Below the pieces are notes generated by a model that saw nothing but the letters and a program-made list of their open reading frames with translations, did not search any database and was not told the origin of the DNA. A stretch of DNA of 64,000 bases. Origin: an uncultured Planctomycetota bacterium. GTDB taxonomy: Bacteria; Planctomycetota; Planctomycetia; Pirellulales; Lacipirellulaceae. The DNA lies in assembly GCA_963719315.1 (NCBI GenBank), contig CAVRBU010000017.1, forward strand, positions 96,001 through 160,000. The letters run 5' to 3'. Positions 52,295-64,000 of the stretch are shown here, in pieces. The position numbers were made by a program, and so were the translations under genes. How positions within the stretch are numbered: position 1 is the stretch's first letter; each line of letters starts with the position of its first letter.

Positions 52295-53374
52295 GTGATG
52301 ACGATGAAAGATACGATTTTGATTACGGGCGGCGCCGGCTTCATCGGCAGTTGCCTGGTGCGGCAAATCATCGCCGAACGGCCTCACACGCGCATCATCA
52401 ATCTCGACAAACTCACCTACGCCGGCAATCTCGATTCGCTGGCGTCCGTCCTCGATCATCCACGGCACACGTTTGTCCGCGGAGATGTGGCCGATGCCGA
52501 GTTGGTTTCGAATATCCTCGGCACAACACGGCCTGCTGCCATCGTTCATCTGGCGGCGGAGTCGCACGTCGATCGTTCGATCGACGGGCCCGCCGAGTTC
52601 GTGCAGACCAACGTCGTAGGCGCTTTCACCCTGCTGGAAACGGCCCGCGGATACTGGTCGAGCCTCTCCGCCGGCGAGCGGCAACGGTTCCGCTTCCTGC
52701 ATGTCTCGACCGACGAGGTATTCGGATCGTTAGGAGCAATCGGTGCTTTCAGCGAAACGACCGCCTATTCGCCGCGGTCGCCCTATTCGGCGACCAAAGC
52801 GGCTGCCGATCATTTAGTGCGGGCCTATCACGCGACTTACGGGCTGCCTACCTTGATCACGAACTCATCGAACAATTTTGGTCCGTTTCAATTCCCCGAA
52901 AAACTGGTCCCGCTTGTGACGCTAAATGCCGTCGAGGGCCAGCCACTGCCCGTGTACGGCGACGGGTTGCAAGTTCGCGATTGGTTGTTCGTGGAAGATC
53001 ATTGCCGCGCGTTGCAGTTGGTGCTGGAGCGTGCTGCGCCCGGCGAGACCTATAACGTGGGCGCGAATTGTGAACGCACGAACCTGGATATCGTTCGAAG
53101 CATTTGCCGCTTGATCGATGAATTGCGGCCCGGCGCGACGCTTCGGCCGACCGAACGCCTGATTGAGCACGTGTCGGAACGCCCGGGACACGATCGCCGA
53201 TATGCCATCGACGCCAGCAAACTCCGCCACGACTTGGGCTGGGCGCCGCGTCACGATTTCAAAACAGCCCTCGCCCTCACCGTCCGCTGGTACTTGGAAA
53301 ACACCGCTTGGGTCGAACGCGTAACGAACGGCATCTACCAACGTCAGCGGCTGGGTCTCGTGACGGCCGCTTAG
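52295..53374 (+). CDS. rfbB: dTDP-glucose 4,6-dehydratase
   Basis: TGGAGFIG, DKLTYAGN, HLAAESHVDRSI, STDEV, YSATK. Confidence 0.96.
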   Translation: MMTMKDTILITGGAGFIGSCLVRQIIAERPHTRIINLDKLTYAGNLDSLASVLDHPRHTFVRGDVADAELVSNILGTTRPAAIVHLAAESHVDRSIDGPAEFVQTNVVGAFTLLETARGYWSSLSAGERQRFRFLHVSTDEVFGSLGAIGAFSETTAYSPRSPYSATKAAADHLVRAYHATYGLPTLITNSSNNFGPFQFPEKLVPLVTLNAVEGQPLPVYGDGLQVRDWLFVEDHCRALQLVLERAAPGETYNVGANCERTNLDIVRSICRLIDELRPGATLRPTERLIEHVSERPGHDRRYAIDASKLRHDLGWAPRHDFKTALALTVRWYLENTAWVERVTNGIYQRQRLGLVTAA

Positions 53375-53413
53375 GCGTTCTCGTTCGCTACCTACAACAG
53401 GATTGGTCCACCC

Positions 53414-54346
<933 letters not shown>

Positions 54347-54360
54347 CGAACCTGCGATCC

Positions 54361-55296
54361 ATGAATTCGCTTTCACCCGTTGTCGAGACTTGCAAAGCCA
54401 GCGATTCTGGCTACGCGAACCGGCAATACGCCCAGTCGCTCGCCGAATTTGGAACCGTCCAAGAGTTGCCGCGCTCGCGCGGGTGGCTCCTTGTGAATCG
54501 AATTCCGGATTCGGATTCATGCGACGCGATGGGTTGCTATCCGCTTTTCTGTTGCCAGGATTGGACGGCCCTGCGGGCGGATTTGGACGCGTTGGCCGAA
54601 AGCCTGGTTTGTGTCCGCCTCGTGACGGATCCATTCGCCGATGTTGATGTCTCGCAGTTGAAGGAAGCCTTTCCGGACGTCTGCTACGAATACAAACAGC
54701 ACTTCGTCACCGATTTATCGCTGCCGCTGGAACAAACCGTGGCGAGCCACCACCGGCGAAACGTCAGCAAGGCGACAAGCGCGGTCGAAGTGCGACAATC
54801 GACCAGCGAGGAAGACCTGCTGTCCCAGTGGCAAACGCTCTATGACAACCTAGTCGACCGGCACCAGATCGCGGGAATCGCTCGATTCTCACCGCTCGCA
54901 TTCGAGCGGCAATCCAAGGTTCCCGGCTTTGCGGCCTTCTCAGCCTATGACGGGGATTCCGTGTGTGGGACTACGCTGTGGTTCGTGCGGGGCGACGTGG
55001 CGTATTACCACTTAGGCGCCTATAGCGACCGCGGCTATGACTGTGGAGCGTCGTTCGCGCTATTTTGGAACGCCCTCCGCCATTTTGCCGGCCAAGGAAT
55101 TCGGTGGGCGGCGCTCGGGGCCGGCGCCGGCGCAACGTCGGCTGAATCGGGGCTGACCCGCTTCAAACGCGGTTGGGCAACGCACACCCGACCTGTATTC
55201 TTCTGCGGCCGTATTCTTCAGCCGGCCGCATACGAGAAGCTGACGGCCGACATCCGCTCGCGCACAGATTTTTTCCCTGCCTACCGCAGTGCGTAA
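54361..55296 (+). CDS. GNAT/FemAB-like acyltransferase
   Basis: HHRRNVSKA, AYYHLGA, GLTRFKRGW. Confidence 0.8.
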   Translation: MNSLSPVVETCKASDSGYANRQYAQSLAEFGTVQELPRSRGWLLVNRIPDSDSCDAMGCYPLFCCQDWTALRADLDALAESLVCVRLVTDPFADVDVSQLKEAFPDVCYEYKQHFVTDLSLPLEQTVASHHRRNVSKATSAVEVRQSTSEEDLLSQWQTLYDNLVDRHQIAGIARFSPLAFERQSKVPGFAAFSAYDGDSVCGTTLWFVRGDVAYYHLGAYSDRGYDCGASFALFWNALRHFAGQGIRWAALGAGAGATSAESGLTRFKRGWATHTRPVFFCGRILQPAAYEKLTADIRSRTDFFPAYRSA

Positions 55297-55361
55297 CTCC
55301 AGGCGGCCAGGCAGCCGCGGTTGCAATAATTCCGGAAATACCGGATTCTGAACGGCCCATT

Positions 55362-55997
55362 ATGCGCGCCGGCTACCACACCATCATCGACCACTACGAA
55401 CAATGCCTTGCCCAGCACGGCGATACGCACCTGGGCGTCGATTGGCCGAATGCGGCAGATGCCGACACCCGCTACCGCGTAATGCTGGAGCTCATTCGAG
55501 CTCCGCACGACGAACCTGTGACCCTACTGGATTTCGGTTGTGGCGCCGCCCATCTGTACGAATACCTAAGGCGAAACTCGCAAACTGATATTCGCTACAT
55601 CGGCGTCGACGCGTCTGCGAGCTTCATAGACCTTTCGCGTCGCAAGTTCCCGTCGGCTTCCTTTCATTGCATCGATGTACTGGCCGACGAAACGCCCTTG
55701 CCGGAGGCCGACTACATCGTGATGAACGGCGTTCTCACCGAGAAGCGCGGGCTGACGTTCGACGAGATGCGCGAGTACATGTCGCTGCTTCTAAAGCGCG
55801 TGTTCAGCTCAGCGCGCATGGGGCTGGCATTCAACGTCATGTCTTACCACGTGGATTGGCAGCGCGACGATCTATTTCACGTGCCCTACGATTTGCTGGC
55901 AGAGTTCTTGAAAGCCAATTTAAGCCGGCATTTCGCCTTTCGGGCCGATTACGGGCTATACGAATACACGACCTATGTCTACCGAGAGCCGACGTAA
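55362..55997 (+). CDS. Class I SAM-dependent methyltransferase
   Basis: LLDFGCGAA, YIGVD, DYGLYEYT. Confidence 0.88.
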   Translation: MRAGYHTIIDHYEQCLAQHGDTHLGVDWPNAADADTRYRVMLELIRAPHDEPVTLLDFGCGAAHLYEYLRRNSQTDIRYIGVDASASFIDLSRRKFPSASFHCIDVLADETPLPEADYIVMNGVLTEKRGLTFDEMREYMSLLLKRVFSSARMGLAFNVMSYHVDWQRDDLFHVPYDLLAEFLKANLSRHFAFRADYGLYEYTTYVYREPT

Positions 55998-56000
55998 GCC

Positions 56001-56663
56001 ATGGCCGATGTTGTGATCTTTGGCACGCGCGATTTCGCTTCGCTCGCCCATTTCTATCTGCGGCACGACAGCCCGCACAAAGTCGTCGGCTTTACAGTGC
56101 ATCGCGAATATCTGCCGGAACCCGCTGAGTTCGAAGGCTTGCCGGTGATCGCCTTCGAGGAATTGGAAGGTCGATTTCCACCCAACCGCGTCAGCGCCTT
56201 TGCGCCGCTCTCGCATCGCCGCATGAACCGTTTGCGGGAAGAGATTTACAACGGCCTCAATGGCCGCGGGTATTCGCTCATCTCGTACATCAGCAGCCGC
56301 GCCACCTGTTTCTCAGGTACCCCCATCGGCGACAACTGCTTTGTGTTGGAAGACAATACGATCCAGCCATTCACATCCATTGGCCACAACGTAGTGCTGT
56401 GGAGCGGCAACCACATTGGTCATCACTCGGTTGTCCGCGATCATGTTTTCATCACATCGCACGTAGTCGTGTCGGGCCATTGCGTCATCGAGCCACATTG
56501 TTTTCTGGGCGTGAACGCAACGCTAAAAGATCAAGTAACGCTCGGCGAAGGCACGCTCGTCGGCATGGGGGCGATCGTCGCGCGAAATACCGAACCTTGG
56601 ACGATTTACAAAGCCGATGCCACGCGGGCGTCGAAGGTTTCCAGTGCCGACATCGACTTCTAG
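56001..56663 (+). CDS. Sugar acyltransferase (NeuD/PglD hexapeptide family)
   Basis: IGDNCFV, IGHNVVLWSGNHIGHH left-handed beta-helix repeats. Confidence 0.9.
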   Translation: MADVVIFGTRDFASLAHFYLRHDSPHKVVGFTVHREYLPEPAEFEGLPVIAFEELEGRFPPNRVSAFAPLSHRRMNRLREEIYNGLNGRGYSLISYISSRATCFSGTPIGDNCFVLEDNTIQPFTSIGHNVVLWSGNHIGHHSVVRDHVFITSHVVVSGHCVIEPHCFLGVNATLKDQVTLGEGTLVGMGAIVARNTEPWTIYKADATRASKVSSADIDF

Positions 56664-56678
56664 CTGTGGGGCCGTGCC

Positions 56679-57626
56679 ATGCAATGGGAGAAACGCGGGC
56701 TGGTCTGGGCACCGCAGGGCGATTTGCCCTGGGCCCAATCGCACGCCACGCTGCCCCTAGTTCAAGTGGCTGGCCCGGACCGATGGTGGGTCTATGTCGG
56801 TTGCCGCGATGCAAACGGCAAGACACGAATTGGCCGCGTTGTGGTTGATACCAGCAGCTTGCCGGACGGCGTTCCCTCCGTCTGCCACGTCGAGCCGTCG
56901 CCGGTGCTTCCGCTCGGCGAACCCGGAACCTTCGACGACAGCGGCATGATGCCCTCGTGGCTCATCCAAGAGGGCGACTCGGTGCGGCTCTATTATGTTG
57001 GCTGGAATGTAATTGGGACGGTGCCTTATCGACTCTCGATCGGGGTCGCACTCAGCACGGATCGCGGGGCGACGTTTCAACGGTTTTTGCAAGGGCCGAT
57101 CGTCGACCGTAACGTCAGTGAGCCGTTCTTTGCCGCGTCGCCCTGCGTTCACGAGGAAAACGGCTCGTGGCGGATGTGGTACGTCTCGTGTACGGGTTGG
57201 AAAGAAATTCTTGGCCGGTGGGAGCCGGCATACCACGTCAAGTATGCCGAGTCGCGAGACGGATTCGACTGGCAACTGACAGGGATTTCCTGCGTCGATG
57301 CAGGAGCAGGTTACGCGGTTGCCCGGCCCTGCGTTTTCCGAAACGGCAATCGGTACGGCATGCTCTACCCATTCCGTTCGATGACCGATTATCGAGCCCA
57401 CCCCGATAGGGCCTACCGACTCGGCTACGCGGAATCGACCGACGGCATTCGCTGGGAACGAATGGACGACCGTGCCGGCATTGAGCGCTCCAGCAGCGGG
57501 TGGGACTCAGAGATGATCGAGTACTGCTGGCTGCAGCGCCACGGCGACGACACGTACCTACTCTACAACGGCAATGGCTTCGGGCGTTCCGGCTTCGGTC
57601 TGGCGCGACTTCGCTCGTGGGATTAG
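56679..57626 (+). CDS. Five-bladed beta-propeller, glycosidase-like protein
   Basis: GTFDDSG, LYYVGW, YAESRDGFDW, YAESTDGIRW, LYNGNGFG. Confidence 0.75.
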   Translation: MQWEKRGLVWAPQGDLPWAQSHATLPLVQVAGPDRWWVYVGCRDANGKTRIGRVVVDTSSLPDGVPSVCHVEPSPVLPLGEPGTFDDSGMMPSWLIQEGDSVRLYYVGWNVIGTVPYRLSIGVALSTDRGATFQRFLQGPIVDRNVSEPFFAASPCVHEENGSWRMWYVSCTGWKEILGRWEPAYHVKYAESRDGFDWQLTGISCVDAGAGYAVARPCVFRNGNRYGMLYPFRSMTDYRAHPDRAYRLGYAESTDGIRWERMDDRAGIERSSSGWDSEMIEYCWLQRHGDDTYLLYNGNGFGRSGFGLARLRSWD

Positions 57627-57655
57627 AGTCGAACCCCACGCATGATTCGAAGCTT

Positions 57656-59596
57656 TCAAGCGACTTTCAAGGCGATTGGCATGTGTTCCAGCTTGCCGTG
57701 ATCAACGCGCACGATCCGCGACGCCAGCGCCAACGTGCTTTCGCGATGCGTAATCATGATCAACGTCCGATTTTGCCCGTATTCGGTCAGAGCATCGTGG
57801 ATCAGCTTCTCGCTTTCGATGTCGATTTGGCTGGTGGCTTCATCGAGAATTAATATCTCCGCATTGCGTAAAAATGCGCGAGCCAGAGCAATTCGTTGCC
57901 GTTGGCCGCCGCTCAATCGTTGCCCGTTCGGTCCCACCATAGTTTGATAGCCATTCGGAAAACCCGAGATAAATCCATCGGCCCGCGCGAGCGTGGCGGC
58001 CGCCTTGACTTCGTCTTCGGTGGCGTCCCAGCGACCGTAACGGATGTTGTGCAGAATCGATTCGTTGAACAATTCCGTCTGCTGTGTCACGAGCGCGATT
58101 CGACCGCGCAGGTCTTTCAGCGCAACGCGCGCAGCGACACGCCGTCGATGAGCACTTCTCCGTGCTGCGGGTCGTAGAACCGGCACAACAGATTAACGAT
58201 CGTGCTCTTCCCTCCGCCGTTCGGACCCACGATCGCCAGGTGGTCGCCGCGGGCGATCGTCAAATTCACGTGTTCGAGCACTTTCTGGATGCCGTCATAC
58301 GTAAAATGAATATCGCGAAACTCGATCCGCTCGTGCGGCGATGGCAACTTTTTCGGCGAAGGCGATTCTGCTAGATACGACTCGATTTCCAGAATCGGGT
58401 ACAGCAGGCCGGCGGCCGCCATGCCGCTATTGATGCCCGCGATCACCGTCGAAAGCTTTCGCAACGGGTCCGATGCACCGACCAGCAACGCGAAAAATAC
58501 CGTCACCATCGTTATGCTCAGCGGCTTGTCGGACATCGGGATGCCAAGAATGTGGGTTTCTTGGTTAATCACCAGATAACCCGACACGATGACCCCCGTA
58601 CACAAAATTCCCATGCCCAGCAATTCGGTGACGGGGTTGTTGAGCGAGTGATAAAAAGTTGCCTTCAAGGCAATGCGGCGCAGGTTTGAGGTCGAATCAC
58701 GGAACCGTTGGCGCTCGAACCCCTCCATCGTGTTGGCTTGCACCGTGAGCAACGAATTGAAAACTTCCAGCATGACGTGGTGAAATCCCATCGAGCGATC
58801 GAGAATGCTCAACGATAGCGCGGATCCGCCGGTTCAAAAACAAAATCAGAAACGCCGCGAGCGGCGCGAAAATCAGCGAGGCCAGCGTCAGCCGCCAGGA
58901 AATCAGCCAGGCCCCTCCCAAGCACGCCAGGATCCGCAGCGGCTCGGTAACTGCGCCGCTGTAAAAACTCGTGATGCCATTGGCCAGCATGTCGGTGGTA
59001 TGCGTGATGTGGGCCGTAAAGCCGCTGATTCCCTGTGAATCGAACGCAGGGCGATCCAGCGAAAGGGCCTTGTCGAACAGTCGGCCTCGAACGTCGCGGG
59101 CGATGCTTTGCGACACATAAGACACCAACATCGTGTTCGTCAGCATCAAGAACTGCTTGATCGCCGTGGCCACGGCCACCATTAGTGCAATCAATGCCAC
59201 GGTAGAAAAGGGCTTCGACGGCATAAACCGTTCGAAGAATGGCTGCAGTCGCTGCCCGGAATAAACGCCGGCCCGATCGACTTTGATTTTCGCCTGCAGC
59301 ATATCGAGCTGAAAGCCGAGGTCCCGCTTCTGTTGCAAATCGGCCGTCGTCGAACGCTGCTGTTCGAGCTTTTGTGCCTCGGCTTCGTGGTCTGCCAAAC
59401 TTTTCTGCGCGTTATTCAACCGCGTCTTGTTCCACTCCTGCAATGATTGGCCGTGCAGCGTCGTCTCAATGATCGGAAACAGCGCCGCGATGTTGGCCCC
59501 CCACAGCGCAGCCACGCCCAGCGAGCAAAGTAGCGCAATCGTCAGCGCCGGCCAGTGTCGCCATGCCTGCTGCAACGCCTTCACAAAGTCCTTCAT
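57656..59596 (-). CDS. ABC exporter, fused permease-ATPase (MsbA/PglK-like), frameshifts at ~58815 and ~58125
   Basis: TM domain, [29 protein letters not shown] across three frames. Confidence 0.88.
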
Positions 59597-59912
59597 CTCG
59601 AATCGTTGCCTTTTGCTCGATGCCGATGACTGTAGAGATAGCACTCTCGCCGCGTCGTTGGCGTCGTGGGGCGGAAGTCTAGGAGACCTGGCGGAATGTG
59701 ACAAGCACTAAATTAACCGGCATTTTTGCCGTTGTTGACATCGACCTTCGTCAGCGCCAAGAAAGAAACGGAGATCCAAGCCAGGGCCGCGACGGCCGTT
59801 TGCTGGCTGTGTAAAATGCAAGCACCCGCCCAATCCGATATTCCGTTGCACCCGCCTTACTAAACGCGGCCCGCCGTCCGCGCGTGAAGCCACATCTTTG
59901 AAGGTTCTCGAC

Positions 59913-62900
59913 ATGCGTTGCCTCGGCATCTGTCTGTTCTTGTTGGCATCATTCGTAGCTCGCCCCGGGCTGGCTCAGCCCCTCGTCGCGGAAACGCCAG
60001 CTCTAACACCCGCCGAGGAGCTAAAAAAATTCCACCTGCCGCCCGGCTTTGAGATTCAGCTCGTCGCCCAAGAGCCCGACATTCACAAGCCGATGAACAT
60101 GAAGTTCGACGCCCATGGCCGGCTCTGGGTGACGCACAGCATCGAGTATCCGTTCCCAGCCATCAGCGAGACCAAGGCTCGCGACGCGATCAGCATCTTC
60201 AGCAATCTTGCGGCGGACGGCGGTGCTCAAAAAGTCGAGCGGTTTGCCGAGCGCTTGAACATCCCCATCGGCGTACAGCCGCTCAGCGACAAGGAAGCGT
60301 TCGCTTGGTCGATTCCCAACATCTATCGACTCGTCGACACCAACGGCGACGGCGTGGCCGACGAAAAGACCGTCGCCTTCGGCCCCTTCGGCGTGATCGA
60401 TACCCACGGCGATCAAAACGCTTTCATGCGCTGGATCGACGGCTGGATTTACGCCAACCACGGCTACAACAACGATAGCCGCGTAAAAGTCGGCGGCACG
60501 GGCGACTCCGTGCTGCACATGCAATCGGGCAACACCTATCGCTTTCGACCGGATGGCTCGACCATCGAACAATTCAGTTGGGGCCAAGTGAATCCCTTCG
60601 GCCTCAGCTTCGATCCCCGCGGCGACCTGTACTCCGCCGATTGCCACTCGCGGGCCGTCACGCTGCTGCTCCGCGAAGGCTACTACCAAAGCTTTGGTAA
60701 ACCGCACGACGGCCTCGGCTTCGCCCCTGAAACAACGACCATCGACCACGGCGGCACCGGCATCGCCGGAGTTGTCTACTGCACGCTGCCCAACTTCCCG
60801 GCCAATTACCGCAACGTCCTATTCGTCGGCAACGTGATCACCAATCGCGTGCATTGCGATCGCTTGAAATGGGCCGGCTCGACTCCAACCGTCGATAAAG
60901 TGGAAGATTTCCTCACCTGCGACGACCCCTGGTTCCGGCCCGTCGACCTGCAGCCCGGCCCCGACGGCGCACTGTACGTCGCCGATTTCTACAATTGCAT
61001 CATCGGCCACTACGAAGTTCCGCTCACGCATCCCAAGCGCGACCGCGAGCGCGGCCGCATCTGGCGGGTCGTCTACAAAGGCGAAGCCGGGAAGCCAGAC
61101 ACGAAACCAGCGGCGGCGCCCATGCCAGACTTGCCGTCACTCGACGCCCCTGCACTCTTCGCGCTACTGAAGCATCCCAATCTGACCGTGCGCGTGCTGG
61201 CAACCAACAATCTGATCGACCGTTTCCCCAAGAAAGCGGCCGCCATGTCGAGCGACCTGCTCTCCGGCGATCTGCACACCACAGCGAACGGCACCTTCAG
61301 CGACGACCCCATCAGCGATCAAGCCAGTCACGCAGTCTGGATTCTGAAACGGACGCAAGGTCTTTCGGAGCCGATAATCCGTAAGCTGTTCGCCGCCGGC
61401 GTCCCGCCCCTCGTACAAATCCACACGGCCCGCGCACTTGGCGAAACCGCAACGTGGCAGCCATGGCAATTCGAAGTGGTGCGGGCCAAACTCAGTGACC
61501 CCGATCCGTTTGTCTGCCGGGCAGCGGCCGAAGCACTCTCAAAACATCCTGCCGTCGAAAACCTGTCGCCGCTGCTCACCTCGCTCAGCACCGAAGATCA
61601 AAAAGACGAGCTGCTCTATCACGGCACTCGGATTGCCCTCCGAGATCAGCTCCGAGACCCAGAGGTCGCCAACGTGCTGCTTACCTTCAAGCTCCCGCCC
61701 GAGCAACGAAATCAACTTGTCGAGTTCGCGGCGAACGCTCCCACCGGCCCGGCCTCTCAACTGCTCTTCGACGAAGCACTCCACGGCGGCATCCGCGACG
61801 ACTTGCTGATCAAAATCATCCCGGCCGCTGCCCGCTATATCGACGCCCCCCGCGTCGACGCGATGATCGCACAAATCAACAAGCGGTTCCCCAACAACCC
61901 CACCCAGCAAATTTCGCTGCTCCGCGCGTTGGCCGAGGGACTCTCGCAACGCGGCCTGCCGACCACCGGCTTGCTAAAAGCGTCGCTCACGGAGCAGATC
62001 AAGGCAGAGCTTTCTAGCGATTCGAAAGAGGCGTGGGTCGATACGCCGCTACCTGGTAGCAAGGCTTCGCCGAGTCCGTGGGGGCCACAAAATCGCAAGT
62101 ACAATGACGGAGCGAAGTCGCCCACGATGATGAGCTCGCTGGCCAGTGGCGATGAGCACGAGGGCGGAATCCTTCGCAGCCCCGAATTCGAGCTGCCGGA
62201 AAAACTTAGCTTTTGGATGTGTGGCCACAACGGCATTCCCTCCGAACCCGATCAAAAACTCAACTTCGCCCGCCTCGTGTTGGCCGACGGCACGGAAGTC
62301 ACCCGCAGCTACCCGCCACGCAATGACGTAGCCCAGCGATTCAATTGGGACCTGTCGGCACACGCCGGCCAGCGGGGCTATGTCGAGGTGGTCGACGGCG
62401 CAACCGACCTCAATGGTTTCGCCTGGATCGCCGTGTCGCGCTTCGATCCGGCCGTTATCTCGGTGCCCACGCATGCGGTGGACGAGTTGGGTTCGGTCGC
62501 GGCAGATTTATACCGCCTCGCCGGGCAATACAGGCTGCTGGCCCTTACGCCCGAAATCACGGCAGCCGCACAGCCGTTGAATTCCAATTTGGTCACTCGC
62601 CTGGCAGCCACCGAATCACTCGCCATGCTCGCGCCAGAAAATGCGATCACGCCCCTCACAGCCGTGCTCTCCGACGCCAGCCTGCCCACGCCGGCGCGAA
62701 AAAGCCGCCCAGCAACTGGCCCGCATCGACCGGCCAGAAGCCCGCGCCACGTTGCTCGCCCAGCTAAAATCCGTGCCCGAGTCGGTCGCCGTACTGATTG
62801 CAGCCGGCCTCGCCGGCAACCACGAATCCGCCGAGGCGCTCTTGAAAGAGATTCGCGAAGGCCGCGCGTCGGCCGCACTCCTTCGCGAGCCCTCGGTCAT

Positions 62901-63447
62901 CGACCACCTCAAGGATGCCGACCTCTCCGACCTCGATCAACAAATCAACGAACTCACAGCCAACCTTTCACCCACCGACAGCCGCATCGCCAAGCTCATT
63001 GCCCAGCGACGTCAAAACTACCTGGCCGGCAAGTTCGATCCCGCAGCCGGCCGCGCCGTCTTCGCCAAAAGCGTGTGCGCCAAATGCCACCGCGTCGGCG
63101 AAGTCGGCAAAACAATCGGACCCGCCCTCGACGGCATCGGCGTTCGCGGCCTCGATCGACTCCTGGAAGACACGCTCGACCCCAACCGCAACGTCAACGT
63201 CGCCTTTCGCACGATGATGATCGAAACCGAAGGCGGCCAAATCCTCAACGGCTTCGGCCTCCGCGAAGACGGCCAAACGCTCGTCTTCAACGACGCCAAC
63301 GGCGAACAAATCCGCGTCCCCCTGGCCGAAGTGGTCGAACGCAAACAATCAACGCTCTCCCCCATGCCGGCCAACGTCATCGAAGAAATGCCCGAACGCG
63401 ACTACGACGCTCTCCTGGCCTACTTGCTAAGCCTCAAAGGCAAATAG
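59913..63447 (+). CDS. PVC-type heme-binding CxxCH protein (propeller dehydrogenase + HEAT repeats + cytochrome c), frameshift at ~62697
   Basis: FHLPPGFEIQLVAQEP, FRPVDLQPGPDGALYVADFY, CAKCH...GPALDG, SPMP. Confidence 0.9.
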
Positions 63448-63466
63448 CCACTTCATGCCCACCAAA

Positions 63467-63493
63467 GTAGGTCCCGCTTGCCGAGCGGGACCT
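63467..63493 (+). repeat. GTAG-type REP palindrome (family D)
   Basis: gtaggtcccgcttgccgagcgggacct. Confidence 0.8.
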
Positions 63494-63642
63494 CTGCCCG
63501 CACTGTGCAAGAAGCCGTTGCGCCGAGTATGCGAAGGGCCTGGTTGCGTCTTAACCGCTTAAAAAACCACTTCCATCCCAGTGCGTCTGGGCGTTCCACC
63601 GTGGTCCAGTTTGAAAAACTGAACGGCCCCGGCTCATGCTCG

Positions 63643-63764
63643 GGTGATGTCCTATTTGGCATCGTTCGTACCGGAATTTTGTAGCACGGACTTCAGTCCG
63701 TACGAGAATCACGGACTGAAGTCCGTGCTACAAGCTTGTTGTGCCGCAAAATTAGCACACCACC
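63643..63764 (-). mobile_element. MITE family B, copy 4 (122 bp, inverted)
   Basis: Imperfect TIRs; TSD CATGCTCG (63635-63642, 63765-63772); internal REP doublet. Confidence 0.92.
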
Positions 63765-63799
63765 CATGCTCGCCTGACGTTTCTCGCCACCTGAATCAC

Positions 63800-63808
63800 T
63801 GCTAAAAT
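63800..63808 (+). promoter_or_regulatory. Putative extended -10 promoter TGCTAAAAT
   Basis: 6 nt before the MNT ATG; hexamer starts 39 nt from the MITE end. Confidence 0.5.
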
Positions 63809-63814
63809 GGAGTC

Positions 63815-64000
63815 ATGTTAGCCGCCGGATTATCAATCGACGAAGCTCTCTTGGCAACCCTCTGTCGTAAGTACGGCGTTGCCCGCCTCCTACTGTTTGG
63901 CTCTGCCCTGCGCGGCGATTTCGATCCCCGCCGCAGCGATATAGATGTGCTCGTCGAGTTCTTGCCGGGCTCGCACAAGAGCTTGTTCAAGCTCTTGGAA
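63815..64000 (+). CDS. Minimal nucleotidyltransferase (MNT, likely HEPN-MNT antitoxin), runs off the window
   Basis: Translated by hand: MLAAGLSIDEALLATLCRKYGVARLLLFGSALRGDFDPRRSDIDVLVEF (GS-x10-D-x-D motif). Confidence 0.88.
   Translation, partial: MLAAGLSIDEALLATLCRKYGVARLLLFGSALRGDFDPRRSDIDVLVEFLPGSHKSLFKLLE

Overview
GC-rich bacterial chromosome segment, almost certainly from a planctomycete (Pirellulales-like). This is supported by a PVC-type heme-binding CxxCH protein, a 'mu-protocadherin'-type protein, a planctomycete Wza and a PEP-CTERM protein. Layout: 0-14 kb, mixed metabolic/transport genes with many REP-like palindromes. 14.3-35.6 kb, accessory envelope/transport block: one operon of two CusA/CzcA-like RND permeases with a minimal lipoprotein adaptor, a secreted protein, a YncE propeller and a beta-barrel, plus a divergent operon of two secreted proteins, a peptidoglycan-binding adaptor and a MacB-like ABC transporter, followed by an LbtU-like porin. 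No TolC is present in the window. 35.6-41.3 kb, ATP-grasp/alpha-E plus transglutaminase pair and an aldehyde dehydrogenase. 41.6-59.6 kb, a PEP-CTERM protein and a 15-gene glycosylation locus (GTs, rmlA/rmlB, DesI-like aminotransferase, acyl- and methyltransferases, ABC exporter). The window ends with a PVC cytochrome and the start of an MNT gene. Main observations: (1) 8 of the 15 glycosylation-locus proteins end in Ala-Ala, versus none of the ~30 other complete genes, suggesting a shared ClpXP-type degron; (2) a ~120-bp MITE with 17-bp TIRs and 8-bp TSDs carries a REP doublet and sits at a fixed distance and orientation upstream of sigma70-like -10 boxes; (3) an asymmetric RND pair with a mini-adaptor and no linked TolC. 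About 10 single-base frameshifts are probably long-read assembly errors. All product calls come from motif recognition by eye; no searches were run.
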